A DNA stretch of 37,138 nt from a virus. A program made the translations under genes and the position numbers. The DNA lies in IMG/VR virus record IMGVR_UViG_3300038829_000053, positions 1-37,138 of that record; one strand, written 5' to 3'. Below the pieces are notes generated by a model, which was not told the origin of the DNA, ran no database searches, and saw only the letters and a list, made by a program, of their open reading frames with translations. Below, piece after piece: positions 8,227 through 13,506 of the stretch (within the stretch, counting starts at the first letter, position 1; every line of letters begins with the position of its first letter).

Positions 8227-9167
8227 AGTGATCCACCGAGCTCACGATTAAGAAATGGGTCGGTCTCCTTCTGCCACTCCTGTATCGCCTTACAGTGCAA
8301 GAACGCCTTGAAGTCACGATCGGCGAACGAGTCCTCACTGTCGAGGAATACCGCCTCGAAGACCTGATACGGTTTGATTGGGTAGGTGCTGGGTTCGCTA
8401 CCCTTAAACTTTGCAACTGCCGCTTTGATCTCTTTCTTACGTGTCTCGCGCTTCATGTACTCCTCCTCGGAATACTTCGAGAGTCGGAGAGCATATCGCC
8501 CATCGTAACCTTTGAACTTCGTGCGCTCCTCCTCGTCAGCCTTAGAGTAAGCAACAGTCTGCATACGCACTGAGTTATAGAGTCCGTTGGAGCTCTTGAA
8601 GTCCCCCATACAGTGAGCGCCGTCGATAACCGCCTCGAAGTCCATGATACCGATATAGTCGTAGCGCATCGAGTAGACCGCACGCTCGGTCGACAGAAAC
8701 TTCACCTTGTGCTCATCGACCCATGCAAGGAATGAGTTGACCCCTGTGATCGCCTCTGGGAAGTTAGGAATCTCTGGCATCTTCTCGAATCCCTTCTGCT
8801 TGAGTTGATGACGGATATACGCCTCGCACCATCCGTGAATCTCATGACCGATATCTGCCGCCTGCTCAAGAAAGAGCTCGCTCTGAATCACTGCCTCGAT
8901 AGCCTTCTCCTCGTCAATCTTGCCACCCTTAGCGAGCGTATCGAGCAAGAAATCAAGAGTGATGTTCTGTTGCCAGCTCATGAGTGGCTTGCTCTTATCC
9001 ATGACCCCGATGATGCCCGTCACACCTCCCTTGCGCACAAACTTCTTGCCACCGTCACGGCTGATGTAGTGCATGTGCCCCTTCTCGTGGAATCGATGAA
9101 TCACCTTGCCACCATAGAGCTCTGTGTACATCACGCCCTCTTCTCCTTTTGCTGGTTTGTAGGTCAT
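8223..9167 (-). CDS. PD-(D/E)XK family exonuclease (314 aa)
   Basis: H-x-Y...GVTGIIGV...SW N-terminal pattern and IGIMDFEAVIDG...MGDFKSS (D...D-x-K) core. Adjacent to the Rad52-like annealase. Confidence 0.65.
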   Translation of the reverse strand: MTYKPAKGEEGVMYTELYGGKVIHRFHEKGHMHYISRDGGKKFVRKGGVTGIIGVMDKSKPLMSWQQNITLDFLLDTLAKGGKIDEEKAIEAVIQSELFLEQAADIGHEIHGWCEAYIRHQLKQKGFEKMPEIPNFPEAITGVNSFLAWVDEHKVKFLSTERAVYSMRYDYIGIMDFEAVIDGAHCMGDFKSSNGLYNSVRMQTVAYSKADEEERTKFKGYDGRYALRLSKYSEEEYMKRETRKKEIKAAVAKFKGSEPSTYPIKPYQVFEAVFLDSEDSFADRDFKAFLHCKAIQEWQKETDPFLNRELGGSL

Positions 9168-9168
9168 A

Positions 9169-9336
9169 TTAATTTTGTACTGTTACGATTTCTACACTTG
9201 CTTTGATAATTTTTTTGTACAGCCAGTCAGGACACCATCTCGGTCTCGGTCTGATGACAATCGCCATCTTATCGTCAATCGTTTGAGCAAGTTTGTATCC
9301 TTGCATTCGGCAAAACTTTTCAACAGGAGATTCCAT
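9169..9336 (-). CDS. Small hypothetical protein (55 aa, below cutoff)
   Basis: Translated by hand as MESPVEKFCRMQGYKLAQTIDDKMAIVIRPRPRWCPDWLYKKIIKASVEIVTVQN. AAGGAA lies 6 nt upstream. The ORF exactly fills the gap between the 9339 stop and ATG 9167. Confidence 0.45.
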   Translation of the reverse strand: MESPVEKFCRMQGYKLAQTIDDKMAIVIRPRPRWCPDWLYKKIIKASVEIVTVQN

Positions 9337-9338
9337 AT

Positions 9339-10172
9339 CTATTTCCTTGGATAGTGATTTTTACATAGCTCCCTCCCGAACATGCGCTTACTGTACTCAG
9401 CCTCCCCCTTCGTTAAATCTGCACCGCATCCACCCTTCGATAATGTCTGACAAACATGATCCTCGATTGGCTCGAGTGGCGCACCCTGCTGAACTGTCGG
9501 CTCCTCGTACACCTTACCTTGCGCCGGGCGTGTGTCCGTTGCTGGTAGTGGAGCAACCCCCGTCTCCTGCTTGTACTCCGCCTTGCCGTAGATATCCGAT
9601 GCGATGCCGAGCAACGATGCGCACTTCTTGAGAGCATCAGTCGATGCGGCCTTGAGGTCGTTGCCGTAGTCGAGCATCGTCTTAGTACCCTTGAGGTACT
9701 TCACCTCCGCGCGGCCGAACTGCATCTTACTGATTGTCTCGCCCGGACGCTGTCCGCGCACAGTAAGACGACCTTTGACCCATATATGCCCCTCGATCAT
9801 GCCGTGCTCCACGATCTCAAAATCCCAATTCCATGCGAACACGAAATTGAGCACCTTCTCGATGTATGAACCGGTGACGTAATCGAACACCTGACCGCCC
9901 TTGCCCGGACGTCGGTAGACATGCTCACGCGGTGTTTTCTGCACCATGCGAATAATCTGCGCATCGTTGAGCCATGTTTTCGGTATCGTGAGCTTCTTGC
10001 CCTCGCGCATCGGTTCCGCGAGATCCGTGACGGTAGGAATGAGTGGCACCTGCTCCACGCGCACCACGATCTCCGTTTTACTCACGCGCGGCTTAGATTC
10101 CTTCGGTATCTTACGCGCTGACTTCTTTACCACTACCTTTCGGCGTGACTTCTTTGCGATTTTTTTTGCCAT
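9339..10172 (-). CDS. Rad52/Rad22-family single-strand annealing protein (277 aa from ATG 10172)
   Basis: RRPGKGGQVFDYVTGSYIEKVLNFVFAWNWDFEIV...KAASTDALKKCASLLGIASDIYG matches the Rad52 core. Shine-Dalgarno AAGGAAG precedes ATG 10172. Lys-rich N-terminus and a Cys/His C-terminal tail. Confidence 0.75.
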   Translation of the reverse strand: MAKKIAKKSRRKVVVKKSARKIPKESKPRVSKTEIVVRVEQVPLIPTVTDLAEPMREGKKLTIPKTWLNDAQIIRMVQKTPREHVYRRPGKGGQVFDYVTGSYIEKVLNFVFAWNWDFEIVEHGMIEGHIWVKGRLTVRGQRPGETISKMQFGRAEVKYLKGTKTMLDYGNDLKAASTDALKKCASLLGIASDIYGKAEYKQETGVAPLPATDTRPAQGKVYEEPTVQQGAPLEPIEDHVCQTLSKGGCGADLTKGEAEYSKRMFGRELCKNHYPRK

Positions 10173-10437
10173 GGTCTTCCTTCTTAATTGGTAATCCGAA
10201 AATCTCACGCGCACCACCTGCTTTGTCCTCGTTGGCATACCTGATAACTGTATGCCCGAGTACACTCTGCACCTTTGCGAGAACATCCATACTGCCTGTT
10301 GGCTCTCCTACGCACACGCGGTGTTTTCCATCGACAATCAAGTCGAATCCATCCACCTCACGCGAGCGTTCGGATACGGCGTACCCTGAACACCAGAGTC
10401 TCCGTTTGACGATATTGATTATGTTTATTTTCGTCAT
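10111..10437 (-). CDS. Hypothetical protein (108 aa from ATG 10437)
   Basis: ATG 10437 lies 6 nt downstream of TATAAT. GYAV...DGFDLIVDGKHRVCVGE faintly resembles a PD-(D/E)XK/Hjc-type core (not assigned). The 3' end overlaps the annealase start by about 60 nt. Confidence 0.5.
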   Translation of the reverse strand: MTKINIINIVKRRLWCSGYAVSERSREVDGFDLIVDGKHRVCVGEPTGSMDVLAKVQSVLGHTVIRYANEDKAGGAREIFGLPIKKEDHGKKNRKEVTPKGSGKEVSA

Positions 10438-10443
10438 AAATCC

Positions 10444-10449
10444 ATTATA
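10444..10449 (-). promoter_or_regulatory. Putative -10 box G-TATAAT, 6 nt upstream of ATG 10437
   Basis: The minus strand reads atgagGTATAATggatttATGacg. Confidence 0.5.
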
Positions 10450-10505
10450 CCTCATTAATAATCTGCAACTGTGAAGTTATCCACTCCCTCGAGATTCGCA
10501 GACCG

Positions 10506-10773
10506 GGGCGCCGTTACTTTCGGGCTGTGCGACAATCGCTTGGTTTCGCTCGTTTTCGGTGGCTCTCGTGAATTGTGCTACCCCCATCTGTATGTCCGCA
10601 CTATCGACCCGATGAAAAGTCTCCAGTCTTTCTCCGAAGAGAATAGCGAGTGGGATACAAAACGCGCTCCTGCCGATCGTGACTGACCAAGTCGTGGCCG
10701 TTTTGCCGCTTATGTCGCCTCATCAACTATCCACGCTTCTGACAGACGAGTCCCTAAGTCCATCACGGCGCCC
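10506..10773 (-). ncRNA. Candidate structured RNA or regulatory element in a 338-nt ORF-free gap
   Basis: It is the largest gap without a credible ORF in a tightly packed genome. A 9-nt inverted repeat (acggcgccc at 10765-10773; gggcgccgt at 10506-10514) could close a roughly 268-nt domain. A UUCG-capped hairpin lies at 10630-10643 and a GCGA-capped hairpin near 10529-10549. Confidence 0.3.
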
Positions 10774-10793
10774 AGTTCTACGAACCTCAAAGA

Positions 10794-11009
10794 TCAACTC
10801 TCTTCGCTCCTCTTGATGACCACGATCGGATGCTTCCTGAATACCATGATCGGATTGAGTCGCCCGAGCCACTCCCAGATGAGTTCCTTGTACGCCGCAT
10901 ACTGAATGCGATCCATTTCAAGTGGTTCACCGACCTGAGTATCTTTCCCCTGCATCACCTGCTCGAGCTCATCGAGCGAACCGAACCTGACTCCTTGGTC
11001 GATTCTCAT
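10794..11009 (-). CDS. Hypothetical protein (71 aa)
   Basis: ATGA overlap with the upstream 57-aa ORF. Confidence 0.55.
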   Translation of the reverse strand: MRIDQGVRFGSLDELEQVMQGKDTQVGEPLEMDRIQYAAYKELIWEWLGRLNPIMVFRKHPIVVIKRSEES

Positions 11010-11179
11010 ACATCCTCTGTGAATGTCACGATGATGCCTGATTCACGATCGATGGCGCCAGCCGGCAGACTCTTCGTATGAATCATCCGCTTAACTTTAT
11101 TTACAGCGTCCGGTGATGTCTCCGCTTCGACCACTAACTGACCCGTGCGCTTCTCGCGCAGATGTACGATGTACTTCAT
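11006..11179 (-). CDS. Small hypothetical protein (57 aa, below cutoff)
   Basis: Translated by hand as MKYIVHLREKRTGQLVVEAETSPDAVNKVKRMIHTKSLPAGAIDRESGIIVTFTEDV. ATGA coupled at both ends. Confidence 0.45.
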   Translation of the reverse strand: MKYIVHLREKRTGQLVVEAETSPDAVNKVKRMIHTKSLPAGAIDRESGIIVTFTEDV

Positions 11180-11313
11180 ATCATTCTGCTATCATATACA
11201 CCCCCGGCTCGTGCTAATTCTGACAACTTGTTTGGAATAATCTTTGCATTCCACGACCGGTGCCGTCGCGGCCATGGAGTAGAAACTTCAAGTAGGTTGA
11301 GTGGTTTCTGCAT
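11176..11313 (-). CDS. Small hypothetical protein (45 aa, below cutoff)
   Basis: Translated by hand as MQKPLNLLEVSTPWPRRHRSWNAKIIPNKLSELARAGGVYDSRMI. It starts 2 nt after the 3D-domain gene stop and ends in an ATGA overlap. Confidence 0.35.
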   Translation of the reverse strand: MQKPLNLLEVSTPWPRRHRSWNAKIIPNKLSELARAGGVYDSRMI

Positions 11314-11315
11314 AC

Positions 11316-11714
11316 TCAATTAATTATTGCCACCTCGACTCGCTTCTTACCGAACTCAAACGCCTGCGCCTTTGAATGCATCCATATATCGAACCTTTCA
11401 CCGAACCGCGAGTGCATGCGATCGTCACATGTGTACTCCTGCCCGGCGATCAACACACGAGTCCCGAATGCATATCGCATTGGACACGCTACGCTCCCGG
11501 GTCCCGGGCGAGTACCGGCCGCGTTCTCGAACGGCGTACTGTCTGTCTCGTCAACGCTCGATGTGTACGCAGTGACTGTCGCCACCACCCTCTCGCCCTG
11601 TGGGACATCCGTGATGATTATCTGCGCCTCTGCGCTCGGAGTGAGTGCAACCATGAGGACTGTGACCATTGCGATAAATACGACCATGAGTGAGAATGCT
11701 AGGATGTCGTTCAT
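11316..11714 (-). CDS. Secreted or membrane-anchored 3D-domain protein (MltA/YabE/Rpf-associated cell-wall-cleaving fold; 132 aa)
   Basis: N-terminal hydrophobic signal ending in AEA. VTAYTSSVDETDSTPFENAAGTRPGPGSVACP...FGTRVLIAG..YTCDDRM...FDIW matches the 3D-domain pattern. Confidence 0.8.
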   Translation of the reverse strand: MNDILAFSLMVVFIAMVTVLMVALTPSAEAQIIITDVPQGERVVATVTAYTSSVDETDSTPFENAAGTRPGPGSVACPMRYAFGTRVLIAGQEYTCDDRMHSRFGERFDIWMHSKAQAFEFGKKRVEVAIIN

Positions 11715-11729
11715 GTTAGAAGTCGAAAG

Positions 11730-12431
11730 TTATTTTGTCCATACTTCAAGTGATGTAATTCGGGTAAGGAACCACTTGTCTAGGGAGTCAACGAGTTTCT
11801 TTTCAGCCGACCACGCCGACCACGCCGCCGACCTCGCCGCCGACCTCGCCGCCGACTCCGCCGACCACGCCGCCGACCTCGCCGCCGACCTCGCCGCCGA
11901 CCTCGCCGCCGACTCCGCCGACCACGCCGACCACGCCGCCGACCTCGCCGCCGACTCCGCCGACCTCGCCGCCGACCTCGCCGCCGACTCCGCCGACCTC
12001 GCCGCCGACCACGCCGCCGACTCATTTGCTTTTGTCGGCTCTGCTAACCACTTCTTAGCTGCTTCTATTGCATCACGCGGACGGGAGTCATTTGGATAGA
12101 CCTGTTCATAATTCTTAATGCACGACTCCGCTGCGAAAATAGAAAACGCAACTGAGTCCGCTTTCTTCCAGTGATAGGCTTTCACGATTCTCATATCAGA
12201 CCAACACTCTTTGTCGTCTTGAATATCGGAATCACCTTTGACTTCTACTTCGGCAAGTATTTCACCTTGAACATATCCTAGAGCCTGCAGAGGAGTCTTT
12301 GATGCGTGAAAACCCAAGTTGCAAATGTCTACTTTATCTTCGTGATACCACTCGCCCACTTTCCACTCGTGATTTCCTGAATCACTTTTGAGTCCAGTGC
12401 GGAGGAACTTATATAGTTTTTTAGTTTTCAT
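11730..12431 (-). CDS. Two-domain protein with an Ala-rich tandem repeat (233 aa from ATG 12431): N-terminal C-x-x-GFHA domain plus Imm5-like P-x-D-x-RPR-x-AIEAA helical repeat domain
   Basis: The ORF-track start is TTG 12533, whereas ATG 12431 is ATGA-coupled to an upstream micro-ORF. Motifs: ICNLGFHASKTPLQALGY; YPNDSRPRDAIEAAKKWL, followed by about 20 SAAR/SAAW/SAE units. Confidence 0.75.
   Translation of the reverse strand: MKTKKLYKFLRTGLKSDSGNHEWKVGEWYHEDKVDICNLGFHASKTPLQALGYVQGEILAEVEVKGDSDIQDDKECWSDMRIVKAYHWKKADSVAFSIFAAESCIKNYEQVYPNDSRPRDAIEAAKKWLAEPTKANESAAWSAARSAESAARSAARSAESAARSAAWSAWSAESAARSAARSAARSAAWSAESAARSAARSAAWSAWSAEKKLVDSLDKWFLTRITSLEVWTK
11806..12024. repeat. Imperfect 12-nt/9-nt tandem repeat (GCCGCCGAC-CTC/TCC/CAC and GCCGAC-CAC/CTC), about 20 units
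   Basis: Read directly from the sequence. It is in frame within 11730..12431. Several frames on both strands stay open across it, which creates spurious ORFs 11780..12025, 11803..12012 and 11416..12099. Confidence 0.95.
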
Positions 12432-12508
12432 ATCTCCGAGAGGATTACCGTCACGATTCCGATAAACACGACCATGAAGAAGAAACTGAAGATTGTGTCG
12501 CGCGTCAT
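12428..12508 (-). CDS. Micro-ORF D, hydrophobic peptide (26 aa)
   Basis: MTRDTIFSFFFMVVFIGIVTVILSEI. ATGA overlaps at both ends. Confidence 0.35.
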   Translation of the reverse strand: MTRDTIFSFFFMVVFIGIVTVILSEI

Positions 12509-12573
12509 AGGAGTATCCATCCGATGATGACAATTAACCAAAAAGCAAAGTATGTCTTTTCAACTGTACTCAT
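12505..12573 (-). CDS. Micro-ORF C, hydrophobic peptide (22 aa)
   Basis: MSTVEKTYFAFWLIVIIGWILL. ATGA overlaps at both ends. Confidence 0.35.
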   Translation of the reverse strand: MSTVEKTYFAFWLIVIIGWILL

Positions 12574-12707
12574 ACGCCTGCCGCAGCGAGCCGCTGCATC
12601 TTATGCGCCCACTCGACCATCGCGATGAAATTGAACACGAAAAATGTCGATGTCCTTCCTGCGTGGGAAACCGCCCACGCGTTCGGTGCCATTCGTTGGA
12701 TTGTCAT
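12570..12707 (-). CDS. Micro-ORF B (45 aa)
   Basis: MTIQRMAPNAWAVSHAGRTSTFFVFNFIAMVEWAHKMQRLAAAGV. ATGA overlaps at both ends. Confidence 0.35.
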   Translation of the reverse strand: MTIQRMAPNAWAVSHAGRTSTFFVFNFIAMVEWAHKMQRLAAAGV

Positions 12708-12793
12708 AAGCCGTTGTCCTCTAACCGAGCGTGCGAGTAATCATCCTCTTCTTTGACCTCGTCTTCTTCAAGAACTTCCTCGTCTGTGTCCAT
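12704..12793 (-). CDS. Micro-ORF A, highly acidic peptide (29 aa)
   Basis: MDTDEEVLEEDEVKEEDDYSHARLEDNGL. Strong Shine-Dalgarno (AAAGGAG) upstream. It is the first ORF after the control region. Confidence 0.4.
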   Translation of the reverse strand: MDTDEEVLEEDEVKEEDDYSHARLEDNGL

Positions 12794-12890
12794 ACTCCTT
12801 TGAGTGATTATTAACCGGCTCTCGCCGTACAACCACTATAACATAAAAGATTACTGATATATAACTACAATGGCTACCTGTGGACAAAGT

Positions 12891-12898
12891 ATATTACA
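12891..12898 (-). promoter_or_regulatory. Putative -10 box TG-TAATAT for the 12793-downstream operon
   Basis: The minus strand reads gtggTGTAATATacTTTGTCCACAGGTAGCC. The predicted transcription start falls at the TTGTCCACAGG motif. Confidence 0.4.
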
Positions 12899-12931
12899 CC
12901 ACATTTCTATAAAATACCCTCATTGCACTGG

Positions 12932-12968
12932 TGCAAGGAGGCTTTTCTGCAAGGAGGTGTTTCTGCAA
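12932..12968. repeat. 16-bp direct repeats (2.3 copies), iteron/operator-like
   Basis: tgcaaggaggcttttc / tgcaaggaggtgtttc / tgcaa. They are overlapped by the palindrome TTGCAC-tg-GTGCAA (12923-12936). A third AAGGAGG lies at 12980-12986. Confidence 0.7.
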
Positions 12969-13016
12969 CCATAAGTAATAAGGAGGGACACAAAATAAAA
13001 CGTATCTTTATAGCAA

Positions 13017-13038
13017 AATGCCCTCTTTCGAGGACATT
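13017..13038 (-). terminator. Hairpin terminator candidate (second of a tandem pair)
   Basis: The minus-strand RNA reads AAUGUCCUC-GAAA-GAGGGCAUU followed by UUGCUAU. The stem contains a G.U pair only on the minus-strand transcript (C.A on the plus strand), which supports minus-strand function. Confidence 0.5.
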
Positions 13039-13086
13039 CTGCTTATCGAAGGATGCTCACCATAGCTGATGGGCAAAATAGTGGTT

Positions 13087-13113
13087 GTGCCTACTTACGG
13101 GGTGGTACGGCAC
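13087..13113 (-). terminator. Hairpin terminator candidate after the last virion-module gene
   Basis: The minus-strand RNA reads GUGCCGUAC-caccccguaa-GUAGGCAC (8 bp with one bulge), followed by aaccacUAUUUUG. Confidence 0.45.
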
Positions 13114-13135
13114 TAACCAATCCCCAGCCACCTCC

Positions 13136-13390
13136 CTACCCAATGTTCCCGAGTGGAGTGACCACTTCTCCCTGACTGTTACTGAAGAAGTTCTTGGTCA
13201 TATAGGTCACGAAACCGATCACCGCGCCATTGATCGCGAGGTTCAATATCTCGCCCCAGTTCGCATTGAAGAGGTCGAACCCAGGCGTCTGAAACGCCGC
13301 CGCGATCGGCAGAGCGAATCCCGCGAGAACCGCCATAACAAGACCCTTCTGCACGTCGCTCAAATTCAGTCTGAATATTCCGCTGCTCAT
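13136..13390 (-). CDS. Small membrane protein, holin-like (84 aa, two hydrophobic segments)
   Basis: GLVMAVLAGFALPIAAAF and ILNLAINGAVIGFVTYM segments. Confidence 0.55.
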   Translation of the reverse strand: MSSGIFRLNLSDVQKGLVMAVLAGFALPIAAAFQTPGFDLFNANWGEILNLAINGAVIGFVTYMTKNFFSNSQGEVVTPLGNIG

Positions 13391-13487
13391 GATGTGAATG
13401 TTATCAATAACAATCTGACCGCGCTACTACCGAGTGGGGACAGTCTGAATTATTCCGTTGCATTTTGAACAATGTTTCATGTCCCAC

Positions 13488-13493
13488 ATTGTA
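13488..13493 (-). promoter_or_regulatory. Putative -10 box G-TACAAT, 7 nt upstream of an ATG (13480)
   Basis: The minus strand reads tgtgGTACAATgtgggacATGaaa. The ATG opens a 17-codon ORF (MKHCSKCNGIIQTVPTR, 13427..13480) ahead of the 84-aa gene. Confidence 0.4.
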
Positions 13494-13506
13494 CCACATA
13501 AACATT

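Noticed and set aside
10475-10488. A 14-nt identity (agttatccactccc) between 10475-10488 and 5670-5683
   Set aside because: The second copy is inside a coding region. By rough estimate, a few 14-mer coincidences are expected in a 37-kb sequence when both strands are compared, so I did not treat it as a repeat element.
10715-10730. A hammerhead-like UGAUGAG core in the ORF-free region
   Set aside because: The first position is U rather than C, and I could not draw stems I to III or a properly placed CGAAA element around it.
10456-10796. Stop-codon recoding or read-through of gene 10794..11009 into the ORF-free region. The in-frame continuation has only three stops in 338 nt.
   Set aside because: TGA, TAA and TAG all serve as genuine stops elsewhere in the genome, many within ATGA or TAATG coupling junctions. 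An alternative genetic code is therefore unlikely. A decayed gene remains possible and is noted in the finding.
11806-12024. The tandem repeat as a CRISPR array or satellite; also ORFs 11780..12025 (Arg/Gly-rich), 11803..12012 (Gly/Val-rich) and 11416..12099 (plus strand)
   Set aside because: The units are 9-12 nt with no spacers, and they are in frame inside a gene whose flanks carry protein motifs. The alternative-frame ORFs exist only because the repeat contains no stop codons in several frames on both strands.
12552-12740. Plus-strand 62-aa ORF in the gap upstream of the repeat protein
   Set aside because: It has no ribosome-binding site and is antisense to a five-cistron ATGA-coupled minus-strand chain that begins with a strong AAAGGAG. 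All other genes are on the minus strand. This cannot be excluded without expression data.
12923-12986. The three CCUCCUU (anti-Shine-Dalgarno-like) elements acting as an RNA that sequesters ribosome-binding sites
   Set aside because: They lie upstream of the only plausible promoter for this operon and downstream of two terminators. They are therefore more likely DNA-level repeats (operators or iterons) than part of an abundant transcript. The idea is kept only as a remote possibility.
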